Shown one piece after another: positions 27,157 through 39,993 of a stretch of DNA of 64,000 bases. The notes below the pieces were generated by a model. It had not been told where the DNA came from, made no database searches, and saw only the letters and a program-made list of their open reading frames with translations. Origin of the DNA: Eledone cirrhosa (Eukaryota); the NCBI GenBank assembly GCA_964016885.1, contig OZ024743.1, positions 27,528,001 through 27,592,000 on the forward strand. The letters are read 5' to 3'. Position numbers and translations under genes: made by a program. The first letter of the stretch is position 1, and each line of letters opens with the position of its first letter.

Positions 27157-28080
27157 TTGAGAAAAAGATACGTGGACGATATCCTCATCCTCACATCTTC
27201 CCAAGACACGGCGAACAGAATCTATGAGACGTTCAACAACACGGACGAGAACATTGACTTCAGTGTTGAACACCCCAACGAAGACGGGTCACTTGCCCTC
27301 CTCGACTTCCGAATCAACATCACGGAACAAGGAGGGATCCACTGCGACTTCTACAGAAAGGCAGCCTGCAGGGACCTATTCGTTCACTACAAGTCCGCCC
27401 TCCCTAACAGTGCCAAAAGAGGATACATCACGAACGAGATCGCGCGAATCAAAAACAGATGCAGCGATCCCGCGAGTGGTGTCACTCATACCAAGCGATT
27501 CCTCGAGGTGATGGAGACGAACGGGTACCCTACCTCGATCACAGACAGAATAGGAGACACCAGACGCAAGAGACAGAGAAGCACCCAAGGCAAGTGCTTC
27601 CTTAAAATGCCACACCTGGGCGAGAAAACCACCAACGCTATCCGCAAGGCTATACGGAGGGAGGGCCTTGACATCCACCTGGCCCACTCGGGTCCCTCCC
27701 TGCGAAGATGCCTCTCCAGGAAACCCGAAAAATCTACTGACGCATGCTCCCTCAGAGACTGCCCGATACGCCATGCTAACTGTTGCCTACGCACGTACGT
27801 CGTGTATAAGATAGAATGTGACAGGTGCAACCAATACTACATAGGTAGCACAATTCGACCTTTGCACATCCGGATCAAGGAACACACTAAAACCAGGGCC
27901 TCGTCTTTCCGGAAACACATAGACAAATGCGGAAACAAAGACGGAAGCCCCATTGTCACAATTCTAGCGACTGAAAGAAACGTCGGCACGTTACGTATCA
28001 AGGAAGAGCTTTTTATCAAACGACTGCAACCGCAAATAAACAACCGATCAGAGAGAAGCGAAATGAAATGGCTGGTTTAA
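27157..28080 (+). pseudogene. 5'-truncated PLE of a different family: RT C-terminal half + Cys linker + GIY-YIG
   Basis: RYVDD, LALLDF..FYRK, CSLRDCP..CC, VVYKIECDRCNQYYIGST.RPLHIRIKEH..E..QPQIN. Confidence 0.9.
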
Positions 28081-28196
28081 ATTAACAAGCGATGCAACAA
28101 CACACCTCACACGCACACACACACACACGCACACACACACAGTAGCATTCCACCATACGAACATACTACACTGCCAATACAGATGAACAAGGCAAC

Positions 28197-28239
<43 letters not shown>

Positions 28240-28720
28240 AAGCGAGACAACTACACACGCACACACACACACAGTAACATTTAACAAACAGGCAGAGAAT
28301 GGACTGACAGCTAGCGCCATCCCACTCCCTCATTCGGCCGCTGACCTCTGTACGACCGACCCCATTTCACGCGCACGCGCGCTCTGCCGAATACCTCAGA
28401 TATTCAAATCAACAAACAGCGAAAGACGCTTTCCGAGTTGTCCGACAGACAACCTTTTCCCCCACCCCGGAAAAAACCGCAGTTGATGGATGTGAATCCG
28501 AAATATATAGAGACTATTAAATCTCTCCCAGGGTAACTCTCTCTTGTGTTGTTATTTTTATTTTTATTTTTATCCTTTATACTCTTCCCTTCATTCTACA
28601 CATCTCACACATATTATACACACCACGCATCTCAACGTACACCCACTTACATCTCTCTCTCCACCACCGGACCTTGTTACCCGGAGATTTACCCATTTGC
28701 ATTGTCGAGGCTTCCAAACG
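28081..28720 (+). mobile_element. 3' UTR/pLTR of the 27157 PLE with a decayed HHR remnant at about 28481-28515
   Basis: (CA)-rich UTR; agt-tgat-ggat gtga atcc-GAAA-tatata-gagact, with the core partly deleted. Confidence 0.55.
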
Positions 28721-28775
28721 AATTAAAGATATTTACTTATTGTTCCACAATGCTTCAAGCAAACTTCAATACTCT

Positions 28776-28840
<65 letters not shown>

Positions 28841-29830
28841 GTGTGTGTGTGTGTATACATGTATATATATATATGTGTTTATGTATAATGTGTTGTAGTT
28901 TACTTGAAGCATTTTGAAATATGAGATACAAACACAGCTAAGAAATAAGTTTGGTTATTTGGAAGTCCAACAAGGCGCATTGGTTAAATAAAACTAAGGT
29001 AATAAGAAAGTAGAAGACCAAAAAGTCACAGTGAGGTGAAATAAACGAGTGAGAACGATAGACAGTTACCATAGCAAATTTTAATCATCCCAAATATTTT
29101 CGGATTTTCCATCTGTTTTAAATCATTTTGAAATTCTTACACATGATTCAAGAAAGTTATACATCGAATTATTGGTTGAATGTTAAGTGTAATTCGTATA
29201 ATCAACATTTATACATTCAAAATGATATACAGATTTAATTTCAATATCATTATATAAATCTCCATCTTCAGAAGAATTTAAAAAAAAAAGATATTCTATA
29301 ATCTAGATCTTTATTCTATGTAAAAATATATCATATAAATACAATTTAATAGAAAAAGAAACAAGAAAATAATTTAGATTGAGACAAAAAAATGGAATGT
29401 AAAATAAGAAAATAGAAAAAAAAAACCGGAAAAGAAAGGAAATGGCAAAGGCTCTCCTGTCACCGAAGAATGGGGAGGAAGGGAAGATGATTGATCTCTG
29501 GGCCTAGGGTGCGGTGGTAATGGGGCTGTGTTCCGCGGACAATGGTCAGCAACACACGCTGCAACAGCCACCCCACCTCGCGGGGTTCCTTCCTCATACA
29601 TCTCACGACTGCACACAGGCATAACGAATGACTGATATGAAAAATTACGGCTATTGCCAACTTTTTCCTTAAAGAAATGTATCTTTTCTTCACACGAATA
29701 ATATATAATGACATTAAACTAATTCTGAAACTATTTGGCAATTATGTACTATCATATATAATTCTCTACATACATTTGAGTTTTTGATGATGTATTTTTT
29801 CTTCCCTCTATCTCACTCCCTCTCTCTCTC

Positions 29831-29926
<96 letters not shown>

Positions 29927-30252
29927 TTGCAAGGTTTTTGATATGAAATATATATATATATATACAATACATAAACAGAGAAAGCCTTAAGCGATACTCC
30001 GACCAACTCCATCTCACTCAACAAACAGTAGGATATACTTAAGTATTATCCCAATTTAGTGTTTGCGGTGCTAACTAAACAGTATTTCGTGGTTATAAAA
30101 ATATATATATTATTTTACTTAATTATTTTATACACATATATATTTACACACACATATATATATATATATAAACATATGTACACACACAAACACATATACA
30201 CACACAAACACACATACGCACACACACACACACAAACATATATATATGTATG

Positions 30253-30298
<46 letters not shown>

Positions 30299-30308
30299 GA
30301 TATATATG

Positions 30309-30398
<90 letters not shown>

Positions 30399-30538
30399 CG
30401 TCAATACTCATCTTTTTCCATTTCTCTAAGGGTTCTAAATCCCACTATCAGGCTAAAATTTCTTTAGTAAAAAAATACAGTGAAAGCTTCTATTTTCTAA
30501 TTTCAAACTTGCTCGCTGTTTCAAAACATACTTACACT

Positions 30539-30578
<40 letters not shown>

Positions 30579-30650
30579 AATATGTATGTGTATAAAATAA
30601 TTAAGTCAAATATGTAAAATATGGCTTCGTTTATTATAAATTATAGATAT

Positions 30651-30705
30651 ACTGCTATATAGATTTCGGTGACAGCCATCATTGGCTGTGACTTCTTCAG
30701 GCAGT
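30651..30705 (-). ncRNA. Type I HHR (CUGAAGA core)
   Basis: actgc CUGAAGA ag.cacagcca..tggctgtcacc GAAA tctata UA gcagt. Confidence 0.7.
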
Positions 30706-30841
30706 CTGAATTGGTGTGGGAAAGACAGGTACACATGTTGTTGAAGTGTCTTTTACTCCCAGGAGCTGGACATATCGATGTATTGACGGAGTAAAACACA
30801 CTTCAACAACATGTGTACCTGTCTTTCCCACACCAATTCAG

Positions 30842-30896
30842 ACTGCCTGCAGAGGTCACAGCCATTGATGGCTGTCGCCGAAATCTATATAGCAGT
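30842..30896 (+). ncRNA. Type I HHR with mutated core (CUGCAGA)
   Basis: actgc CUGCAGA ggtcacagcca..tggctgtcgcc GAAA tctata UA gcagt. Confidence 0.6.
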
Positions 30897-31090
30897 ATAT
30901 CTATAATTTATAATAAACGAAGCCAAATTTTACATATTTGACTTAATTATTTTACATTACTCCGGAGTAAACAAACCAACCTGCGTACTTCGTCGAATGC
31001 TCCAATCTGCATACTGAGGTGTCGGTAAACAACCAACATATACTCAAAATATATGTATGTATATATATAAACTTATATTTATATATATGT

Positions 31091-31214
<124 letters not shown>

Positions 31215-32249
31215 GTGCGTCTATGTGTGTCCGTCGGTGTTTTTCTGTTAGTGTGTTGCATTCGAGTTTTAATATCTATATTAGAAACTGTTTGTGAGAA
31301 AAATATCAGACTGAATTTCATGATTTAATAATATGAACGACCCACAATTACGATTGAAATGAGAAATCCCATATATTGATAATTTATTTTCTTTCCTTTT
31401 CGCCTAATTGTTCAGAGTTTCTTTTGAACTCGTCATGCACTGAGGATTAAGATTAAATGATAAATGACTTATGCACTTCACATGCACATTTTTTAAACAA
31501 TTATATTTTAAAGTAAATAATTTAGAAAAAGTAAAATGTTGCTTACTATAGTTAATATAAATTAAATCAGCCCGCCAAACAACTCTTTTCCGATTGCTCT
31601 TTGAAGACTTACACGCGGATCATCTCTTGATAATGGGATTTTAAACCCGAAAATATTTGAGATAATTAAATTTGTTAACGTAAATTCTATTGTTCTCATT
31701 TTTTTCTCTATAACTCCTATTACATTTTTAATCTTTTACGCATTGTAGAGCTTTCAAATATTCAAACTTATTTAAATTTGTATTTCCTATTCCACAATGC
31801 TTCAAGTAACTATAACACTGTTATTAAACATGTTTGTGTGGAACATGTTTTAAGCTGTTTAGCAAGTTTTCACTGTTGGAATACATGATACCCGCATTCC
31901 TATTTTTAATGAATGAATTACATAGTTTTTCCTTATTGTGCATTTAAAGGAAAGTCAAAACATGGGATGAGAGAGACCCTCATATTCATCACTGGATATA
32001 GATGTCATTTTCTCGTCTAGTATTTTCAAATCAATGTCGTTGCCCTTTCCATGAAGAGGTTTCGATACTAATTATATTATCCTGTATTTGTTTATGGAAA
32101 TATGTAATTTCAATTTCTTTTCTAGGTTTGTTAAATATTAATCTAAAAACATTAATTCCCTTAATAACAGCTTTGCTCACTAATCAAACCATTTCAAAAT
32201 TACCATCTCTAGCTTTTCTTTTCCAAGTTATTATTTTTTAAATAAAATA

Positions 32250-33250
32250 TTTACAATTTTACACTATAGTCTTCTGTTCATGCTATAAAGATGCTGAAAT
32301 GGGCCTGCCAAATATTTCAGGCTAGAAATCCAAAGTTCACATTTAAGAACCCCACAAAACATATTTGATATTATTTTCCAAACTTCTAACCTCTTTTCAG
32401 TGTTGATATGCATGACAAAGCACATCTTGTCAACCCTCACACGTGTGTGTATAAATATATGTATCTGATCTGCGATCTCCTGTCAATACAAATTTTGTCA
32501 AACTTAGATAATCCAATATTAAAAACATTAATCATTTCGAGAACGTGATCTCAATCTATTTTCAATCCAACTTCTTTTGCTATTACTGTCAAGGCCTCCG
32601 TCTGTAGAAAGCAATAAGCTGGAATAAAATCTAGAATTTCCTTTTTTACAAGTGCTATAAGCCCTTTCAATCAGCCTACTTTAAAGCAAGACATTTCTGT
32701 AGAAATATCAATATTTGACACCTGTGGTAATTTACATTATTCAAACTAAATAATTGAAGAATGAAAAATGCCTGAAATTTCTTTGAAGAATGATTTGATT
32801 CATTATTTGATGTTCAATAATAAAAAAAATATATAAATGCCACTACCTGTGCTTTGTTGGTTTGACTCAACATTCAAAACATGAAATCTAGAATTTATCA
32901 AGTCATATGTTTTCCTGCTGTCAGCAGACATATTAAAACCGCACCTATCAATTAAATGTTTACTTATTTTATTTATTTTTTGTTCTATTTGATGACCGAA
33001 AGTTTCGGTCTGATTCAGCATCGTACAGCTATACACTACCTGCAGATCAAGTGTTTTATGTACAGGTTTACATATAAGAATGGAGTTTCGGACAGCTTTT
33101 GACAATAATAATTCGAATTATCTTCCCATCTTCTTCAGAGTCACTTGGAATTATTATTAGATGTCTGTTAGCGCATCTCGAACATAAATAGCAGTAGAAC
33201 AAAGAATTTAATGCGTATGGCATTCTTCTCATTAGATATATTTCACTAAG
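32250..33250 (-). pseudogene. hAT (Charlie/Buster-like) transposase fossil
   Basis: The minus frame near 32700-32560 reads G*LKGLIALVKKEILDFIPAYCFLQTEAL, resembling the GLVALVKK..HCFLHREAL motif; LYTHV*GLTR downstream resembles LHTEVRWLSR. Confidence 0.5.
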
Positions 33251-33297
33251 CTACTTTATTATAACTGCGAAAGTTATCATTGGTCAAATTCATAATG

Positions 33298-33328
<31 letters not shown>

Positions 33329-33566
33329 CAAATATAATTTCAGCGAGATCGTATTTCGGGTGTGGTCAAAACCAGGGGGAACGCAAATTTCGAGATATGC
33401 GGCAAGCGCTCAATGGACTAAAAGAAGACCAGAGCAATTAACATACGTTATAGAGGCCAGACAAAATGAAAACGGTGGACGTGAGCTACCAGCCACCTGA
33501 GCCCCCCAAAAAACCAAGCAAAACAGGTTAACAAAAGATATATACATATATATATGTATATGTATA

Positions 33567-33645
<79 letters not shown>

Positions 33646-33758
33646 TTTGAGTATATGTTGGTTGTATACCAACACCTCAGTATGCAGATTATTCCGGAGT
33701 AATGTAAAATAAACTAAAATAAATAAGTCCAAATATTTAAAATTTGGCTTCGTTTATT

Positions 33759-33813
33759 ACTGCTATATATATTTCGGTGACAGACATCTTTGGCTGTGGC
33801 CTCTTCAGACAGT
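33759..33813 (-). ncRNA. Type I HHR in the inverted pLTR
   Basis: actgt CUGAAGA ggccacagcca..tgtctgtcacc GAAA tatata UA gcagt. Confidence 0.7.
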
Positions 33814-36800
33814 CCGATTTAGTATGGTAGAGACGAGTACACATGTTGTTGAGGTGTTTCACTTTGTCAATGCTCTGATATGCCGAGTTCCTGGTTGGGT
33901 TGTTATTTCACTGAGGAACTGGAATCATATGAATTTAAACAAACGAATATCAGCGTCAAAGGACATATTCTCCTCCCATTGGTTAGTTGTGAGAACTTGT
34001 GTATGTTAACGCCAAGTCAAACCACCCTAGATCCATAACCAAGGCCGTGGTGAAGAGTGTCTTGGACAGGATCTCAAGCCTGTCCGCAAATAAGGAAATC
34101 TTCGATAGCAACGCGGAATATTACAACGCAGCTCTAAATAAGGCGGCACATGGCCAAAATATAACATATAGTCCGAGGCGCTGGGATGAGGTTGGCCCAA
34201 AGGACACCCACACTCGCGTTGTCCGGGAGGGGGCGAACCCTAACAATACAGGTAGAACAGAAACAAATAAGCACCATGAGCCCGACACTACCACACGGGC
34301 GATGGTGACGAGTACGCTTAACCATGAGAAGAAACCCAATATGAGTAGCAGTCTCAGGGGTTATGCTAACGACCCGGGCCCGACGACCCCAACCGCAGGA
34401 CACGCGTGTGTGTGTGTGTGTGTGGGGGGGGGGGGGGTACCCGCCACAGTGGATCTCCCAGCGCGGGCAACAACCACCCCACAGATTCGGGCCGTGAAGA
34501 TAGCAAAATGCATAGCGCCCAAAAGGGAAACAACAATGCGGGAACCACCAGCAATCCAACAACTCTCAAGCAACACACGACGCCCTCAACCCACCCATAT
34601 AGGAGTAGACGCAGAAAAATCACGTGGTACAACTCACTCTACTCAGCGGCCCTAAAGAACAGCTTGGCCCGATCATTCTTTGGAGCTCTTGATAAATGCT
34701 TCCCGAGGGACCATAGATACCACAAGATCTTCAACAGACACACTGTGAAGCTCTCGTATTCCACCACGAGAAATCTGGCCCAACACATAGCTAGCATCAA
34801 CAAGAGTAGGCTTAAAAACCACACACAACCAGAAGATGGCAATATAAGCAGCCAGCAGAACCATGTGGAAGGAGAGAAGGGGGGGAGACCCAGTGCCACG
34901 CAAGAAACTCAAACAGACCCCCCCCCACCGGGCCCGAGGGAAGACCATCATGTAACACGTAACGGGAACCCCAGGCTAGGCACGCGGAGGTCGACCACCC
35001 TCTGCAAATGCAGAAACCCGAATCATGCCCCTTAGTAATGAATGCCTAAGGATGAACCTAATATACGGATGTAGGGTTAAAACCCCCAACCCGAACACCT
35101 CTACATAGGAGCCACGTCAACGAGCTTTAAAGACCGTTGGTATAACCATCGCCATTCCGTCAATAAGGAGGCCAAAAGGAAAAGTACGGCTCTTTCCGAC
35201 CTGATCTGGAAGCTTAAGCTCGACAGGATCCCGTACTCTCTGGCCTGGTCCATAATCAGGAAAGTACCACCCGATAAAGGGGAATCTCGCATATGCAAAC
35301 TATGTCTGAACTAGACCCTCGAGATACTAAGAGGTGGAAGCCGCCTGATAAACCTCAGAACCGACTTCTTCGGGACATGCAGTCACCTCAGGGCCGAGAC
35401 CTTCCTCAAGCTATATGGACAGTAAGAACACACTGAGATGTGAACTCCCCTCAAGCTATAGGGACTTCTCCAGAACATGTGGACACCTCCTGGCCGGACC
35501 TCCCTCAAGCTATATGAGCAGTAACAACACCATAGGTTGAGAACTCCCCCTCAAGCCATAGGGACCCATCCAGACTGAGCAGATACCATGATAGCCTAGA
35601 GATTGATTCTGACACAGCCTTTCTAATTTGGCCAACATCTTTATAACACACACATTTTATTTTATTTAAATCTTCATTTTTCTATTTCTCATTTCTTTTC
35701 TGTTTTCTTCACTTTATTGCCTTCTATTTCTTTCCTATGCATGACACAACCCTCACCACCACCACTGCAAGAAATCGTGGCAGGATGGATGAAAAAACAC
35801 AGACAGATACTTCTTAATGTCAGCAGCAGCAAGACCTAGGCTGACCGCAGCACCAACACCACTACCAAAATAAGGGTAGAGGTCAGATGTACTTAACAAT
35901 AGCAAACACAAACACTACAGGTAGCCTCACCCCAGAAAGAATTTCTATAGACCTTTGACTGAGAAATGCTCTCACAACTGACCAATGGGAGGAGTGACCT
36001 TGCAAATCTTTCTAACGTTGAGATTGGTTATAACACACACACATTTTACCTGATTATCTTATTTTGTTTTATTCTTTTACCATCTTGTTCCTCCTACCAC
36101 TTTATCCAACATCTTTCTGACTTTGAGATTGGTTATAGCACACACACATTTTATTTTACTTGAATCTTCATTTTTATTTTTCATTTATTTTCTATTTATT
36201 ATTTATTTTCTGTTTTCTTCATGTTATTGCCTTCTATTTCTTCATATGCATGGCACAGCCCCCCCCCCATCACCACCACGAGAAATGGTGGCAGAATGGA
36301 TGAAGAAACACACACAGATACTTCTAAATGTCAGCAGCAGCAAGACCTAGGCTTACCGCAGCACCAACGCCACTACCAAAATAAGGGTAGAGGTCAGATG
36401 TACTTAATAGCAAAACAAACACTACAGGTAGCCTCACCCCAGAAATAATTTCTATAGACTTTTGACTGAGGAATGCTCTCACAACTGACCGATGTGAGGA
36501 GTGACCTTACAAATCTTTCTAACATTGAGATTGGGTATAAAACACACACATTTTATTTGATTATCTTATTTTATTTTGTTCTTTTACCATCTTATTCCTT
36601 CTACCACTTTATCATTTTTTTTATCTGACTCCAACACCAACACCACTAACAATATAAGAGTAGAGGTCAGATGTAGTTAACAATAACAAGAACAGCCACT
36701 ACAGATTGCCTCGCCTCAGAACGAATTTCTATAGACTTTTGACTGAGGAATGTTCTCACAACTGACCAATGGGAGGAGAAGATGTCCTTTGACGCTGAAA

Positions 36801-36934
36801 TTCGTTTGTTTAAATTCATATGTTTCCAGTTCCTCATTGAAATAACAACCCAACCAGGAACTGGGCATATCCGAGTATTGACAAAGTTAAACACCTCAAC
36901 AACATGTGTACTCGTCTCTACCAGACTAATTCGG

Positions 36935-36989
36935 ACTGCCTGAAGAGGTCACAGCCAAAGATGGCTGTCACCGAAATATATATAGCAGT
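36935..36989 (+). ncRNA. Type I HHR in the 3' pLTR
   Basis: actgc CUGAAGA ggtcacagccaaagatggctgtcacc GAAA tatata UA gcagt; stem I actgc/gcagt, palindromic stem III. Confidence 0.8.
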
Positions 36990-37041
36990 AATAAACGAAG
37001 CCACATTTTAAATATTTGACTTATTTATTTTAGTTTAATTT

Positions 37042-37131
<90 letters not shown>

Positions 37132-37192
37132 TATATATATATATATATATATTTAAAAGAATAGAGGTGTAACACACGAATTATGATATATT

Positions 37193-37460
37193 GGTAAACG
37201 GAAAAGAAAATGCTGACAAATTATTCCCAGTGAAAAATAGTTTAATTAGGAATAAGTAAAAATTAGTGATGTTTGCTCTAGAGCAAACATCACGGGCGCT
37301 CTATCTCAAAATTATTTTTGAAAAGCATTAGAAATGCGCAACCGGTAAAACTTACAACCAAAACTGAATACTAGCCAATACTATTACTAATATTTACTTA
37401 TTCCTAATTAAACTATTTTTCACTGGGAACAATTTGTCAGCATTTTCTTTTCCGTTTACC
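37193..37460. mobile_element. Fold-back/MITE-like element with about 78-bp inverted arms and an internal 28-bp palindrome
   Basis: ggtaaacggaaaagaaaatgctgacaaatt.. versus ..aatttgtcagcattttcttttccgtttacc; internal gtgatgtttgctctagagcaaacatcac. Confidence 0.75.
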
Positions 37461-37479
37461 CATATATATACACACACAC

Positions 37480-37519
<40 letters not shown>

Positions 37520-37781
37520 CGGCGATGAATTAGTTTTGCGAGGTTTTTTATATGAAATCGTGTGTCGAAACAAATATTGTTATACTTGGGGAGGGTCATA
37601 TTTGTGTAATATTGCCAGAATTAATAACAGAACACACTCACTGTTTGGTTGGTTTTCGTTCTCGCTTCTGTGTCTTTTATATCGGTAATCTAACTTACTC
37701 GGTCCTCAATGTTGCCATTGACTGACCGACGGTCAAAAATAATACAGATACAATATAGACACAAACACATATATATAGTTT

Positions 37782-37823
37782 ATCATAAATCTTTCGTTGC
37801 ACATCTGCAACATCGTCAGTGGT
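37782..37823 (-). ncRNA. HHR-like motif (CUGACGA plus extra U), partly decayed
   Basis: acca CUGACGA U gttgca gatg tgcaac GAAA gatt UA tgat. Confidence 0.6.
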
Positions 37824-38066
37824 GCTATCGTTTCCTCCTGTTGTATTGTATGTCTACGCCATTTTTATTCAGTCTGTCTATATATTTATTTATTTATTTG
37901 CTTGTTTGTTTATTTTATTTTGTCTTCTTTGCGCATGCGTTTGCGTGTGTGTATAGTGTTTTGTTTGCTGTGTGATGGGTGACTAGTGTGTGTTTATGTG
38001 CTTGTTGTTATTGTGCTTGTGTATGTATTTATTTATTTATTTATTTATTTAATTTTATTTACTTAT

Positions 38067-38537
38067 TTATACTTCTCTTAGGTCAGTGTTGTTTGTTTGG
38101 GTGTTGTTATTCCATTCATTCTTTCTGTTTAGTCTTGATCTTCTAATTTCTATTTCACTGGCCTCTCTGATTTGCCTATCTGCTGGGTCATTTCTATGTT
38201 TAGATATTATTCTAATTTCTATGTTGTCTATGTTACCGTCATGTTGTTGTCTAGCATGTTCGTAATGTACTGACCCGTTTTTTCGTCCTTTTAGTTCCCC
38301 CCAGTGTTGGTCTATCCTTTCACCTATGCTACGAGCTGTCTCACCTATGTATGTTGTTGTCATGTTTCTGCAAGTACCCTCTGTACATCTTATGCTATAG
38401 ACTACGTTTCTAGTTTTACAGTTTATCCGGGGGTTTACCTTACATATGATACATTTCCTATTGGTACAGTGGGTTTTCTTAAAAGGGTAGGTTTTGCTGA
38501 TCAGGGATTTTATGGTGGTTCCGGGCTTTTCTACCAC
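38067..38537 (-). pseudogene. PLE Cys linker + GIY-YIG endonuclease
   Basis: CTNRKCIIC..CKTRNVVYSIRC..C..YIGETARSIGERIDQH..RQIREA..LNRKNEW. Confidence 0.9.
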
Positions 38538-38538
38538 C

Positions 38539-39795
38539 TTAATTTGTAAGCGCCTTTCTACACTGGTTAGCTAATTTCCCTCCAGGGGTAGCGTCCACAA
38601 ACATTACACTCTGGTATCTCTGGTTGTCGTACCATGAAGTGGCTTTCCCTATCTTATGCCTAGCCCTATCTAAGCTATTCCATGATTTGCTCCTGTATAA
38701 TGGGCAAATTCCTTTCATGTCCGGTTCTATGAGGGTCTTATACTTCTCCATGGCTCCTTCGTATACTCTGACTCTGTCTCTTTGGTTGTAGCCAGAGAAC
38801 TGCATGCGGTTGATGAAGTGTTGGATGTGTCTTTCCATTTCTGTTGGGTCGCACATGCGGGACACATTCTTCATCACTCGTACCAAATCTGCGATCAGAA
38901 TATTAAATTTAGCACTACTGGACATTGCTGAGTTTTTGAGTATCAGGTATTTGGAGGCCATGGGTTTAGCATAGTGTAAGTGGAGAATTTGGGCTCTCTC
39001 GTCTATAGTGTTAATCCAGAGTTCTGTGTCTAATACAGGTAGTCTATTGTTAGGGTGTTTGGAAAGGAAGTCGATAGTTACAGTTATACTCTGGTGTATG
39101 GAATTAGCTATCTTCTGGATGCTTTCCATCGTGCTACGTTCTAAATCAAACTTGTTAGTGCTCTCTAGTGGGGATGTTCTTATAACTATATTGGTATCGT
39201 CTACATAACGAGAGTACATGATGAGGTCTATGGAGCTCTCATTAAGGAGATCTTTAAGTCTCCTTTCCCACCATACCATGAAAAGGTTGGCAACATCACC
39301 AGCTATGCTGACGCCAATGGCTGCTCCCCCATTTTGGGTGTAGATCTTCTCGTTGAACTTAAATATGTGGCGCTTTAGGGTAGTTTTGATACTAGCCCCT
39401 ATTGCATGTGCGACCATTTTTCTTACCTGATCCTTGTTTTGGGGGGTCCGTATAGCTTTGGTCCACCCAATGCCCCTTCCCATGGGAGTCTTTTTTGCCA
39501 TTGAGGTTATGGTGGGGTCTCTACCTCTTATAGGTCTACTAGGGCAGAAACGTCTAAGGTCATGGCTGTCTAGGTAGTCAGTGTCGTAGGTAAGTCTAAG
39601 TAGGAGGCCAAGTTCGTCTGTGTCGATGTCGCAGAACTCCACCTCACTCTCAATGATCATCTCCACACACCTTTTCACAGCAAAATCAATGTTAATGGAT
39701 GGATACAGTGACACCACATCCATGCTGCCTATTATGCAGTTGGATAGGCTCCTGTTTTTGTTGCACTCACTGATTCTGATTTTTGTTGCACTCAC
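38539..39795 (-). pseudogene. PLE reverse transcriptase (5'-truncated, frameshifted to the EN domain)
   Basis: GSMDVVSLYPSI, GAAIGVSIAGDVANLFM, YSRYVDD, LPVLD, HYAKPM. Confidence 0.92.
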
Positions 39796-39930
39796 TGATT
39801 CTCACTGTATCTGTATTATTTTTGACCGTCGGTCAGTCAATGGCAACATTGAGGACCGAGTAAGTTAGATTACCGATCTAAAAGACACAGAAGCTGGCAA
39901 TATTACACAAATATGACCCTCCCCAAGTAT

Positions 39931-39986
<56 letters not shown>

Positions 39987-39993
<7 letters not shown>

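Larger units (their letters stand above)
30593..31050. mobile_element. Fold-back of two PLE pLTR ends, each with an HHR, inside (TA)n
   Basis: Arms at about 30593-30757 and 30790-30953; same family as 33642-33996 and 36752-37043. Confidence 0.85.
33642..37043 (+). mobile_element. 5'-truncated PLE (RT C-terminus + GIY-YIG) with an inverted pLTR at 33642-33996 and a long repetitive 3' UTR
   Basis: YVNAKSNHP, ITWYN..KCFP.DHRYHKIFNRHTVKLSYS, CKCR, IY..YIGAT..FKDRWYNH, CKLC. 33700-33996 is the reverse complement of 36752-37040. (TA)n lies at both ends. Confidence 0.9.
37519..39935 (-). mobile_element. 5'-truncated Naiad-like PLE with a 3' pLTR (37519-38060) and an inverted pLTR copy (about 39805-39935)
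   Basis: RT and GIY-YIG ORFs listed below; 39805-39935 is the reverse complement of 37575-37752 with a ~46-nt deletion; (TA)n on both sides. Confidence 0.9.

Noticed and set aside
32847-32944. Exon-like segment with AG/GT ends on minus
   Set aside because: Neighbouring frames contain stops and the region fits a hAT transposase fossil better.
37700-37728. GNRA hairpin (caatg gcaa cattg on minus) as an HDV-like ribozyme or SECIS
   Set aside because: The required pseudoknot pairings and the AUGA/GA quartet were not found.
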